A stretch of DNA of 64,000 nucleotides from Mollicutes bacterium (GTDB taxonomy: Bacteria > Bacillota_I > Bacilli_A > RFN20 > CAG-826). Position numbers and translations under genes: made by a program. The stretch covers positions 1,256-65,255 of the forward strand of contig JALEXS010000022.1 of the NCBI GenBank assembly GCA_022780025.1, given 5' to 3'. Positions 37,845 through 47,386 of the stretch are shown piece after piece; position 1 is the stretch's first letter, and each line of letters begins with the position of its first letter. Below the pieces are notes generated by a model. The model worked only from the letters and a program-made list of their open reading frames with translations, did not search any database and was not told the DNA's origin.

Positions 37845-39545
37845 CTACTCCTTGCTATCTCTATAAATTAAAGTATCTTCGCCTTTTTTATGTACGTCTT
37901 CTAATTTAATATTGTTTTCTTTTGCAAATAATGAAGCTACATTTGGTTGGCAAAAGCCTCCTTGACATCTACCCATTCCTGCACGTACTCTTCTTTTAAT
38001 TCCATCTAATGTAGAAGGTCTTATTACTGAATTTATTGCATCAATAATTTCACCTTCACTAATTTCTTCGCATCTACAAATAATATGACCATATTTTGGA
38101 TTTGATTTAATTAATTTATCTCTTTCTTCAATAGATAATTTTCTTGTTTGTACTATGCCTTTTCTAATAGGATTAAAATTAGCTTTTTTACCAACATTTA
38201 ATTTTGTATTGACAATTCTTGCGACTTCTTCTCCAATCGATGGGGCGGCTGTTAATCCTGGTGATTGTATTCCAGCTGCATGAACAATGTTTTTAGTCCA
38301 TTTGCCCGCATGAACAATAAAATCTTCTTCATAAGTTGGGGCTCTTACACCTGAGAAATAAGTAATCGTATCTGATTTTCTTAAATTTGGTACGGTTTTT
38401 GCATGCTTTTCAAATAATTGAGAGACTATTTCATTTGAAGTTGTATAGTCTTCTTTTTCAGGAATTTCAATAGCATTAGGTCCAACTAAGGTGTTATCAT
38501 CAACAGTTGGAATGATTCCTCCGCCTTTAGAATGAGATTTCTTTTTAGCTTTTTTAATTGAATAAATTTGAATACCAGACTTTGATAATTGACTTCTTAC
38601 ACTCTTATCCATTAAAACATCAGTCCCTTTACGAGGATGAATTGAGAAGAATTTATCACCAGCTAAATCAGCAATATCATCACTAAAAACGCCAGCAGCA
38701 TTAACTACTATTTTTGGATAAATTGTTCCTCTATTTGTAATTACTTTTTTAATAATATGATCTTCTACAACTATGTCACTAACATAAGTATTAAAACTTA
38801 CTTCAGCACCATTAATAACAGCAGATTCTGCTAATCCAATTGTAAAATTATAAGGACAAATACTACCAGCATGAGGGAAAAATACACCAAATTTAACTTC
38901 ATCAGATAAATTAGGTTCCATTTTAAGTAATTTCTTTCTACTTAATAAACGCCAATCTTTAATATGATTTTGTTTACATCTTATAGTAAAAAATAAACGA
39001 ATAATTGGTCTTAATAAATTAGATTTAAAACAAACAGTTTGTCCATCTTCGTGATACTCAACATCAATGTCTTTACATAAATCTTTAATAATCTCTTTAG
39101 ATCTAATTAAATGTTTTAATTTTTCACTTCCTTTGTGTAAATCTACGCCAACATGGATACATCCATCGTTTCTAGAAGATGCTTGTAATGCTAAGTCTTC
39201 ACCTTTTTCTACAAGTAATGCTGATAAATTATATTTAGATAATTCTCTTAATATAGAGGCACCAATTACTCCTCCACCTATAACTAAAACATCTACTTTT
39301 TTATTATCTAAACTCAAATCATTAATAGAAGGTATATAAATATTAGGTTTATGTCCTATTAATTTAATATTATTAACTACATGAGAATAAAGTTTAGTTT
39401 TACTTACCATCAAACCAATATCAACAATTTCATCCCAACTCGAGAGTTCTCCACTTAGAAAAATAATGTCTTCCTTTTCTTCTAAATTGATTGAAGAGTA
39501 TCCTTTTTTTAATAATAATTTATAAATTTTATCTATCTTCTTCAT
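37845..39545 (-). CDS. FAD-dependent oxidoreductase (GlpA/LhgO-like) with a C-terminal BFD-like [2Fe-2S] domain.
   Basis: VLVIGGGVIGASILREL DAO fold. C-terminal ICRCEEISEGEI...GMGRCQGGFCQ (BFD-like). Confidence 0.7.
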   Translation of the reverse strand: MKKIDKIYKLLLKKGYSSINLEEKEDIIFLSGELSSWDEIVDIGLMVSKTKLYSHVVNNIKLIGHKPNIYIPSINDLSLDNKKVDVLVIGGGVIGASILRELSKYNLSALLVEKGEDLALQASSRNDGCIHVGVDLHKGSEKLKHLIRSKEIIKDLCKDIDVEYHEDGQTVCFKSNLLRPIIRLFFTIRCKQNHIKDWRLLSRKKLLKMEPNLSDEVKFGVFFPHAGSICPYNFTIGLAESAVINGAEVSFNTYVSDIVVEDHIIKKVITNRGTIYPKIVVNAAGVFSDDIADLAGDKFFSIHPRKGTDVLMDKSVRSQLSKSGIQIYSIKKAKKKSHSKGGGIIPTVDDNTLVGPNAIEIPEKEDYTTSNEIVSQLFEKHAKTVPNLRKSDTITYFSGVRAPTYEEDFIVHAGKWTKNIVHAAGIQSPGLTAAPSIGEEVARIVNTKLNVGKKANFNPIRKGIVQTRKLSIEERDKLIKSNPKYGHIICRCEEISEGEIIDAINSVIRPSTLDGIKRRVRAGMGRCQGGFCQPNVASLFAKENNIKLEDVHKKGEDTLIYRDSKE

Positions 39546-39546
39546 T

Positions 39547-40098
39547 TTATAACCTCGATAACATTTTCTTTATATCTTCAATTTCTTCTTGAGCTTTATT
39601 ACCTAATACTGTTTTAACTATTAAGCCTTCAATAATAACAAGGATAATATCGGCAATTTCTTCATGATTTTCACGATTTTTATAAACTTGTTTTACACCT
39701 TCAACAATTTTATTTTTCCAATCTTTCCATAAACTTAATAATTTATTTTTAATAGAATCATCTCTCATACATTCATTAATTAGATATATATGAATTTTTG
39801 AATGGTTATATAATTCTGTACTTTTATAAAATACAACATCTAAAAATCTCTCTATTGTAAGATTATCTTTATGTTTTATAAGCCAAGCATCATAATCTCT
39901 TTCTAAATCTTTAAAGTGCATGTCTATAATTGCTGAGATAATGTCGTCTTTAGCTTTAAAATGATAGTATAAACTACCTGTTGAAATATCTAAAAAATTT
40001 GCAATATCTCTAAGTGAAAAACTATTTACTCCTTTAGAAGTAATTAATTCTTCAGCAGCGAGAATTATTTTTTCTCTTGTATTATTATCTTCACTCAT
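39547..40098 (-). CDS. TetR-family transcriptional regulator.
   Basis: HTH FSLRDIANFLDISTGSLYYHF. Strong GGGAGG RBS. Confidence 0.75.
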   Translation of the reverse strand: MSEDNNTREKIILAAEELITSKGVNSFSLRDIANFLDISTGSLYYHFKAKDDIISAIIDMHFKDLERDYDAWLIKHKDNLTIERFLDVVFYKSTELYNHSKIHIYLINECMRDDSIKNKLLSLWKDWKNKIVEGVKQVYKNRENHEEIADIILVIIEGLIVKTVLGNKAQEEIEDIKKMLSRL

Positions 40099-40124
40099 CG
40101 TGTGCCTCCCAATCGGTCGTTCGA

Positions 40125-40142
40125 CAATGTAAGCGCTTACAT
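40125..40142. promoter_or_regulatory. Perfect 18-bp palindrome AATGTAAGCGCTTACATT upstream of the tetR gene. Candidate autoregulatory operator.
   Basis: GC-rich perfect palindrome ~25 bp upstream of the start codon. Confidence 0.45.
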
Positions 40143-40249
40143 TTTATAAAATTATCTTAATACAATCAAACCTAAAAGAGATAAAAACGTTGAAAATAGA
40201 ACTTTTTATCTATTTTGTCCGATTTTAATTGTCATTTATAATATTTATC

Positions 40250-40783
40250 TTATTTTAAAAATTCATAAGCATTTCTAGATGTTCCATCATCGCAATAAAT
40301 AATACCTCTTCTAGAAAAACCATATTTCAATAAACATTCATTCATTATTTTATTATTTTCATGTGTATCTATTCTTAAATGATTTATTTTAGTTAATGCG
40401 AAATTAATAGATAATAACAATATCTTTTTTATTGTATTATCACTAGCTATCCTATGAATAACCCCATATTCACCATCATTAATCCAATTACCCTCATATA
40501 TTTTTAAATAAGTTTGATCAACACCTATTTTGAAAGCAAAAACTCCACGGATTATGTCGTCCTTTTTAATTACATAAAGGGCTTTATCATTAATATCATC
40601 AAGAATTATTTCTTTTGAAGGATAAAATTCTCCCCACTGAGTTTTATTTCCGTTTTCTTTCATATAAATTCTTGCTTTAGCGTATATTTTAAGAATTATA
40701 TTAATTTCTTCATGTTTAGCTAATTCAATTCGTATTTCATTCATATTAAAAATATAAGAAAAAATCTTTAAATATTCAATCAT
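40250..40783 (-). CDS. Probable GNAT-family N-acetyltransferase.
   Basis: ~165 aa alpha/beta with a GNAT-like core (RGVFAF..., GVIHRIAS...). The start may be the internal Met (MNEIRIEL, at 40744). Weak. Confidence 0.4.
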   Translation of the reverse strand: MIEYLKIFSYIFNMNEIRIELAKHEEINIILKIYAKARIYMKENGNKTQWGEFYPSKEIILDDINDKALYVIKKDDIIRGVFAFKIGVDQTYLKIYEGNWINDGEYGVIHRIASDNTIKKILLLSINFALTKINHLRIDTHENNKIMNECLLKYGFSRRGIIYCDDGTSRNAYEFLK

Positions 40784-40967
40784 ATTTCTTTTATCAATAA
40801 TTGTAATTTTTAAAGCAATTAAAAGCAGTGATTTTATTTGGTTTTAATTAATATTAAAATCTAAAATCACAAAAAATAGTGACTTTTAGCAGGGTTTTTT
40901 AAAATAATCGATAGTTTTTTATAAAAAATCATATTGATAACAATTATATTTTTTATAACAAATAAAA

Positions 40968-40997
40968 AACATCTTGTATTATACAAGATGTCTTATT
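40968..40997 (-). terminator. Intrinsic terminator downstream of the tRNA-Glu-like gene.
   Basis: ACATCTTGTAttataCAAGATGT hairpin. On the minus strand it is followed by a T-run. Confidence 0.45.
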
Positions 40998-41004
40998 AAT
41001 AATT

Positions 41005-41082
41005 TTGGTAGCCTATGACGGATTCGAACCGACGAATGCTGCCTTGAGAGGGCAGTGAGTTAAGCCACTTCTCCAATAGGCC
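41005..41082 (-). tRNA. tRNA-Glu-like (anticodon CUC as folded) with non-canonical stems. It has its own promoter and terminator.
   Basis: Acceptor GGCCTAT/ATAGGCT, 3-bp D-stem GAG/CTC, T-loop GGTTCGAATCC and encoded CCA are clear. It has tRNA-Glu-type architecture. As read, the anticodon stem needs a 1-nt bulge (CTGCC / GGCCAG) and the T-stem has a U.U mismatch. A TATAAT lies 9 nt upstream of position 1. Confidence 0.5.
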
Positions 41083-41126
41083 AGTGCTTAATATTATAAT
41101 AATATTAAGACTAAATTAAAACAAAA

Positions 41127-42902
41127 TTATTTAGTTATTGTAATTTTTACGCCTTCACTAGTCATTTCACCAATTTTAACTTGATAATCAAAACTAGATC
41201 CATCATGTAGTTTACCATTATTAAAGAAATTCTTTTGATTAGTTTTATTAAATGTATCACCAGTAATAAATAAATCTCTATTATTAGCAGAGCGTTTATT
41301 AGCTAATTTTGTATTACCTCTAGTAATAAGTTCAACCAAAGGAGATTTTCCATCATAAGAACGACTTAAAGAATTATCTCCTAATAAATCATAATAATAA
41401 TTACCCTTTAATTCTTCTATAGTTGGTATTTTAGTTGCATCATTAGATAATATTTCCCCTGTAAACGAAGAATTCGAAGTATTAGTAAATTTTCCTAATC
41501 TAGCATCGATATGATAAATTCTTACTCCATTTTGAGAAAAATATAAATCTCTACCAGTATATGCATTTGTAGCATCAAATTCATTTAAGTATGTTGGGGT
41601 ATAATATTCAACGATTATATATTCGGAGAATGCACTGTTATTAAAACTATTTGCTAAAATTATAGATTCTCCTGAAGTAACGAATGGTTTTAATGTAATT
41701 TCACATTCTTTATTAACTATATAAGGTGAAGTCCATCCTAATGCAAATTTTGAAAAACTATTATGATCACCGATGTTAAAATCCATCATATCAAGACCAC
41801 CAGTAGCACCAAGTTGTGAACTGCTTGTACTATCATAATAATCATTTAATCCAAGCATGTGGCCAGTTTCATGAACAAATGTGTGATAATCTTGTCCAAT
41901 AGAGCTATCTTCATACATAAAATATGCACTGCAATTTCCGTATGCACTGATGTTTATATTATAATCTGCTTCTGTTTCTGGATAATACCAATAAACATAA
42001 GGCCAATAATTGTTTTTATCACTAGCTTTTCTATTATTATAAACAAACCAAACGCCATCTACATATTCATCCCCATTTGAATCGTAAATTTTATCATTAA
42101 AATTAATTTTTTTGCCATTAATTTTTCCATTATTATAAAATTCTTTAACTAAGAAAGCAGTTCCACCACCTTCATTAGTCTCATCATTTTCTAACGTAAC
42201 AAATGTTGAGCTACTAATACTTGGAGTATAAACATCTGTTATATCGAAATTAATATCTAATGCTCCATAACTTGATTTATAATAAAAACTTCTTACTGAT
42301 TCACGATAATCATTAGTATGGTCGCTTTTATTACCATTAAAAGTTGCATTAAGTGTTTGTAAATTAGTTGAGTTAAATTTATAACTTTCTTGATCACTAA
42401 ATTCAACAGGAACAACCAATACATGAGGGCTACCTTTACTAGGTACAACTCCTAAATATTGAGATTGAAAAACATCATCATAAGTAAATTTAACATTTTC
42501 TTTATTTAATTTTGTATAACCTTCGCCTGTATTCCCTGTTTGATTATTATCACCACCACCTTGGTTATTATCTCCTCCACTTTGATTATTATCGCCACTA
42601 TCTTTATCCTTATAATAAGCATAAATATTGGTGTCTTCACTAATAATAGTAGAGAAATCAAATTTTTCTTTTGCTAATAAATCTTTAGCCCAATATCGGA
42701 ATGTTTTATTCGCTATAGTAGGTGCATTTATTTCTTTAACAGTTGTATTTTTGTCAATTTCAACCATTCGATAAACATTTTCTTCCACTATAAAAGAGAC
42801 TTTAACTTTACTTCTTATCCCTAAATCTAAGTCACAACTGGTTATTAAGCCACCAGATAAAGTAACGATACTAATCACTATGATTTTTCTAAAATTTTTC
42901 AT
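41127..42902 (-). CDS. Surface lipoprotein zinc metalloprotease, M6 (immune-inhibitor-A)-like.
   Basis: Lipobox GLITSC. HETGHMLGLNDYYD matches the M6 HExGHxLGLxDxY pattern. It has a low-complexity GDNNQ-GG repeat near the N-terminus. Confidence 0.5.
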   Translation of the reverse strand: MKNFRKIIVISIVTLSGGLITSCDLDLGIRSKVKVSFIVEENVYRMVEIDKNTTVKEINAPTIANKTFRYWAKDLLAKEKFDFSTIISEDTNIYAYYKDKDSGDNNQSGGDNNQGGGDNNQTGNTGEGYTKLNKENVKFTYDDVFQSQYLGVVPSKGSPHVLVVPVEFSDQESYKFNSTNLQTLNATFNGNKSDHTNDYRESVRSFYYKSSYGALDINFDITDVYTPSISSSTFVTLENDETNEGGGTAFLVKEFYNNGKINGKKINFNDKIYDSNGDEYVDGVWFVYNNRKASDKNNYWPYVYWYYPETEADYNINISAYGNCSAYFMYEDSSIGQDYHTFVHETGHMLGLNDYYDSTSSSQLGATGGLDMMDFNIGDHNSFSKFALGWTSPYIVNKECEITLKPFVTSGESIILANSFNNSAFSEYIIVEYYTPTYLNEFDATNAYTGRDLYFSQNGVRIYHIDARLGKFTNTSNSSFTGEILSNDATKIPTIEELKGNYYYDLLGDNSLSRSYDGKSPLVELITRGNTKLANKRSANNRDLFITGDTFNKTNQKNFFNNGKLHDGSSFDYQVKIGEMTSEGVKITITK

Positions 42903-42923
42903 AAATCCTATTTCCTATTTCAA

Positions 42924-44594
42924 TTAAAGTACTTCGTTTAAAAAGTAATTTATTCTAAATATAATTTCGTCTTTTGTCAATATTTTCATTAAAGAATATA
43001 AATTTGGAGTAACATTTCTTCCTGTTAAACAGATTCTTAAAATTTCACAAGCATCATTTACATTACCAACATAATCTTCAGGATGTTCTTTATATAATTT
43101 ATTATCAATACAGAATCCAGCTTGTTCAGCTATATTTTTAACATTACTAAACCAATCATTTTCAATATCAAAATCAATAAAATTAGAATTTTTATATGAG
43201 TTTAGAAAGGTTTTTAAAACATTTAAAGGTATTTTATCATTTAAAGTAAATGTTTTTTCATTAATTATTTTGATAAATTCATCATGATCAAAAAATCTAA
43301 TTAAAGAATAAATATCACTATATTTAGCATAATCTTTACGAGGATTTTTCTTTTCTCTTTCAATATTCATGATATCAACAAAACGATTAAAATCTTTTTC
43401 TATAAAAGTTTTTAATTCATTTGAATAAATTTTAGCCCACTCATAAGCCTTGTTAGAAATAGTATTCTTATCCATTTTAGATAAAATTTCTTTACTATAA
43501 AAGTTTAATTTATCTATATCAAATAAAGCTCCATCTAAACTCATTTTTTTAAGATTAAACTTAAATGTAGATAAATCATAATTTTTACTAGTTACAATAT
43601 AATCTTCATAATTTGAGTTTGCGATAGTCATTAAATATACAAGCAATGCATTAGGTTCATATCCTTTGCTAATAAAGTAATCAACACTTGCTTCTGGATC
43701 TTTTCTTTTTGATAATTTTCTTCTATTACCATTATCTAATTTCATAATAACAGGTAAGTGTGCATATTTAGGTGTCTTAAAACCTAAAGCTTTAAAGATT
43801 TCAATATGAATAGGTAAAGATGAAAGCCATTCTTCACCTCTAGTAACTAAATTAGTTCTCATAAAATGATCATCACAAATATGAGCAAAGTGATAAGTTG
43901 GAAGTCCATCACTCTTCATAATAACTATATCTTGGTCGTTTTGAGAAAGTTCTAAATCTCCTCTAATTTCATCATGAACTTTAATTTTATTTAAATGATT
44001 CCCACTACTTCTAAATCTAATAACATAAGGTTTACCACTTTTAATCATTTCAATAGCTTTTGAAGTATCTAAATCTCTATAAATAGCATATTTGCCATAA
44101 TATCCAGTAATTTCTTTATTTTTAGTTTGTTCTTCTCTTAATTTATTTAAATCTTCTTCACTAGCAAAGCAAGGATATGCTAAATTTTTTCTAATCATAT
44201 CTTTGATGACAATTTCATAAATTTCTTTTCTTTGACTTTGCTTATAAGGTCCGTAAATTCCTTCTTCTTTAGTTCCTAAATATCCTTCATCAGGAATAAT
44301 ATTAAACATATGAAGTTGTTCAATTAAATGCTCACCACTACCTTCAATTTCTCTTTTTGTATCAGTATCTTCTAATCGACTATAAAATACACCGTTACTA
44401 TCTTTAGCAATTTTATATGCAACTAATGATGTAAATAAACTTCCAGTATGTAAAAAACCAGTTGGTGAAGGAGCAAATCTAGTAACTTTAGCACCTTCTT
44501 TTAAGTCTCTTTCTGGGTATTCTTTTTCTAAATCTTCAATAGTTTTATTAATGTGTGGGAAAATTAATTCTGCTAATTCATTTAATTGATTCAT
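42924..44594 (-). CDS. gltX: Glutamate--tRNA ligase.
   Basis: HIGH-region RFAPSPTGFLHTG. KMSKS-like KLSKRK. Class-I catalytic core with N- and C-terminal extensions. Confidence 0.8.
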   Translation of the reverse strand: MNQLNELAELIFPHINKTIEDLEKEYPERDLKEGAKVTRFAPSPTGFLHTGSLFTSLVAYKIAKDSNGVFYSRLEDTDTKREIEGSGEHLIEQLHMFNIIPDEGYLGTKEEGIYGPYKQSQRKEIYEIVIKDMIRKNLAYPCFASEEDLNKLREEQTKNKEITGYYGKYAIYRDLDTSKAIEMIKSGKPYVIRFRSSGNHLNKIKVHDEIRGDLELSQNDQDIVIMKSDGLPTYHFAHICDDHFMRTNLVTRGEEWLSSLPIHIEIFKALGFKTPKYAHLPVIMKLDNGNRRKLSKRKDPEASVDYFISKGYEPNALLVYLMTIANSNYEDYIVTSKNYDLSTFKFNLKKMSLDGALFDIDKLNFYSKEILSKMDKNTISNKAYEWAKIYSNELKTFIEKDFNRFVDIMNIEREKKNPRKDYAKYSDIYSLIRFFDHDEFIKIINEKTFTLNDKIPLNVLKTFLNSYKNSNFIDFDIENDWFSNVKNIAEQAGFCIDNKLYKEHPEDYVGNVNDACEILRICLTGRNVTPNLYSLMKILTKDEIIFRINYFLNEVL

Positions 44595-44611
44595 TTTTTT
44601 AAAATCTCCTA

Positions 44612-44640
44612 TTGCATTTAATAATGCTTTCTCATATAAT
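44612..44640 (+). promoter_or_regulatory. Sigma70-type promoter for tRNA-Gly (-35 TTGCAT, 17-bp spacer, -10 TATAAT).
   Basis: TTGCAT at 44612-17 and TATAAT at 44635-40. The tRNA 5' end is 10 nt downstream. Confidence 0.5.
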
Positions 44641-44650
44641 AATTAAGCAC

Positions 44651-44724
44651 GCAGGTGTAGTTCAGTGGTAGAACGTAACCTTGCCAAGGTTAATATGCGG
44701 GTTCGATTCCCGTCACTTGCTCCA
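44651..44724 (+). tRNA. tRNA-Gly (anticodon GCC).
   Basis: A cloverleaf folds by hand: acceptor GCAGGTG/CACTTGC, anticodon loop TTGCCAA, T-loop GGTTCGATTCC, encoded CCA. Confidence 0.85.
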
Positions 44725-44737
44725 GACGTGTTAATTG

Positions 44738-44762
44738 CATCGATGTAAATCGATGTTTTTTT
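44738..44762 (+). terminator. Intrinsic terminator after tRNA-Gly.
   Basis: CATCGATgtaaATCGATG followed by TTTTTTT. Confidence 0.55.
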
Positions 44763-44850
44763 ATGCTTTTATTTTATTTATTAAATAAATAAAAAGCCTT
44801 AAATAATATATCATATTTAAGGCTTAAAATCAGTGATTTTTATTTATAAA

Positions 44851-46032
44851 TTATTCATTTTTATTATGATTAGTTTTGTCTTTATCTTCAGGATTATTGT
44901 CTTTGTCTAGTTCTTCTTTAAGTTTATTTAAGTTCTCTTCAGCTTTTTTTAATTGAGCTTGTTGCTCATTATCTACAAAATTATAAGCTTCTTTCATATT
45001 TTTTAAATTATCTGTAGCAATATTTATAAAAACAGTTAAATAAATACTAGAATCTTTTTTCCACATATAGTCATAGTGATTAAATGATATTGGCATTAAT
45101 AATACTAAAATCGAAGCAGTAATCAATGTAGATGTAGCGCTTAAAATATATAATCCATTAATAGTTATATTTGGAATTAAATATAATAAGAAATAACTTA
45201 AACTAAATACAACAATATAGGTTAAAGTTAAAGGATATAAAGTAGAATAATAATTTTTATAGAAGTGTAAATCTTTATTTTTTCTAGCTTCTTTAAAAAT
45301 TATATTGACATATTTTGGAGTCATTCCTCCCATTGAAGTTGCTAAATAATATCTAAAAACATTTAAATTTATCTTATGAAAAAATACATATAACCCTGCT
45401 AAAAGCCCACCAAAATTAATAAATATCATTGGATAGGTAAATGGATACATGCTATCTTTATTATTTATAAATGACATTAAATCATTATATGCACTTAAAA
45501 AACCGCTTTGATTGTTTTGAGAATTTTGATAATAAAGATTATTAAACAATTTAATTAATTCTTCATATTTATTTGCGATGCCTAAAGCATTGAAATTAAT
45601 CATAATTGAATATGTAATGCCACCTACTACAAAGACGATAGCAAGATAAGTTAAAAATGTCCAAAGCAAAGTAGTAAATAATTTAAGTTGTCCTTTTGCT
45701 GGGAATTTATTTCCAATAGCGTATGTTCTAAAGAAATTTTTAACAGTTACACTTTCTTTCATTTTAGAATTTAAAACACTATTCGAAGCAAAATAACTAT
45801 AAATAAAAGGTGTTAAAACTCCCAAAATTAAACTACAAAGTAAAATTATAAAAATTAAACTAAAAATACCTCCAGATAATAAACTAGACACTAATAATTG
45901 TTGTAAATAATCACTTAAAAAATAAAATAAGATATATACCAATACAAAAAATAATACTAGGATAGTTCCTAATTGTAATGTAATAGGAGATTTTTTTATA
46001 AAATCTTTATATGCTTCTTTATTCATCTTCAT
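44851..46032 (-). CDS. Polytopic membrane protein of unknown function with a C-terminal coiled-coil/charged tail.
   Basis: ~8 TM helices and no recognisable motif. Its 5' end overlaps the upstream gene by 14 nt (operon). Confidence 0.4.
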   Translation of the reverse strand: MKMNKEAYKDFIKKSPITLQLGTILVLFFVLVYILFYFLSDYLQQLLVSSLLSGGIFSLIFIILLCSLILGVLTPFIYSYFASNSVLNSKMKESVTVKNFFRTYAIGNKFPAKGQLKLFTTLLWTFLTYLAIVFVVGGITYSIMINFNALGIANKYEELIKLFNNLYYQNSQNNQSGFLSAYNDLMSFINNKDSMYPFTYPMIFINFGGLLAGLYVFFHKINLNVFRYYLATSMGGMTPKYVNIIFKEARKNKDLHFYKNYYSTLYPLTLTYIVVFSLSYFLLYLIPNITINGLYILSATSTLITASILVLLMPISFNHYDYMWKKDSSIYLTVFINIATDNLKNMKEAYNFVDNEQQAQLKKAEENLNKLKEELDKDNNPEDKDKTNHNKNE

Positions 46033-46663
46033 AATCTATCCTCCCTATTTCTTTTGCGATAGATTTAACTTCTTTTTCTAAACTTGTTTCATTAAAATTA
46101 GATACATTTCGCTTTTCAATCTTCTTAATAAGTTTTTTTAAATCTTTTTCTTTTGCAAAATATGAATTAAAAGAGCTGAGTTCTGCAAGGTTTTTAATTT
46201 TTACATCGTTATTTACAACAACTATAGAAACTAGAAAAGAGCGATCAGAATTTCTTAATTCACAATACGTATCGCATCTTAATTTATTCAAAAGTAAAGG
46301 ATTTGTGATTTCTTCTTTATTTCCTTTATTATCATATTGCAACCAGATTTTATCATCCCTATGAGCTGCAATAACATCTTTATAATATTTAGATTTTATT
46401 AAATAAATATATTTATTTGAATATAATGCATGATCAATAGAAGCTATTACTTCTTCGTTTTTTAATAAAGGAAAATTATTAATCAAATAGAAATCATATC
46501 TATCTGCAATACTTCTAATTTTATTATAAACACTTTTTTTAAAGTGTTTTCTTTTATATGCTTTACTAATCAAAGGCCAAAACAAAAATATAGATATTAT
46601 TACAATAACAATGCAGAGCAATACAAAAATAATAATTCCATTAGCTTTTGACAATAAAAACAT
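46019..46663 (-). CDS. Membrane-anchored protein with a degenerate NERD (nuclease-related domain)-like core.
   Basis: N-terminal TM. SIDHALYSNKYIYLIKSKYY resembles the NERD D-H...(I/V)E.K block, but Glu is replaced by Lys. Confidence 0.3.
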   Translation of the reverse strand: MFLLSKANGIIIFVLLCIVIVIISIFLFWPLISKAYKRKHFKKSVYNKIRSIADRYDFYLINNFPLLKNEEVIASIDHALYSNKYIYLIKSKYYKDVIAAHRDDKIWLQYDNKGNKEEITNPLLLNKLRCDTYCELRNSDRSFLVSIVVVNNDVKIKNLAELSSFNSYFAKEKDLKKLIKKIEKRNVSNFNETSLEKEVKSIAKEIGRIDYEDE

Positions 46664-46664
46664 A

Positions 46665-47375
46665 TTATTCAGCTAAAGTTAACGCCAATCTGAACATTTT
46701 ATCAAGTCCTTCTTGGCGTTCTTGTTGTGTTAACTCTCTTTCATCTTTATTAACAAAAGTATCACTAACAGTTAATATACAAAGAGCTTTTTTATGTAAT
46801 CTCATAGCATTAATAAATAATCCAAAAGATTCCATTTCAACACCTAAAACTCCTAAATTCATCCATTTCTTGTAATATTCTTTATCACAATCATAGAAAA
46901 TATCGCTACTAAAAATAGGACCAACATGAACATTAAGACCTAACTTTTTACTATTTTCATAAGCTTTTAATAATAAATTAAAATCACTACATGGAGCTAG
47001 AGTGCCACCTTTTAAATCAAATTGTGAAGCATAATTAGAATTACTTGATGCACTTGTTGCTAAAATTACATCACCAACGTGAACTTCTTTTTGATATCCA
47101 CCACAAGTACCAATTCTAATAATGTTTTCTACATTATATTCATTAAATAATTCATAAGAATAAATTCCTATTGAAGGAATTCCCATTCCACTAGCCATAA
47201 CACTAATTTCTTTTCCTTCATCAGTTTTACCAGTATAAGCTAATATACCTCTAACATTACTAACTTCTTTATAATCGTGTAAAAAATGTTCAGCAATATA
47301 CTTGGCTCTTAAAGGATCTCCAGGCATTAATACTGTTTTTGCAAAATAAGCATCATTTTTAATATGTGTTGACAT
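46665..47375 (-). CDS. deoD: Purine nucleoside phosphorylase, DeoD type.
   Basis: PNP/UDP family 1 (ILMPGDPLRAKYIAE..., GIPSIGIY, EMES). Confidence 0.85.
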   Translation of the reverse strand: MSTHIKNDAYFAKTVLMPGDPLRAKYIAEHFLHDYKEVSNVRGILAYTGKTDEGKEISVMASGMGIPSIGIYSYELFNEYNVENIIRIGTCGGYQKEVHVGDVILATSASSNSNYASQFDLKGGTLAPCSDFNLLLKAYENSKKLGLNVHVGPIFSSDIFYDCDKEYYKKWMNLGVLGVEMESFGLFINAMRLHKKALCILTVSDTFVNKDERELTQQERQEGLDKMFRLALTLAE

Positions 47376-47386
47376 AAATCTCCTCC

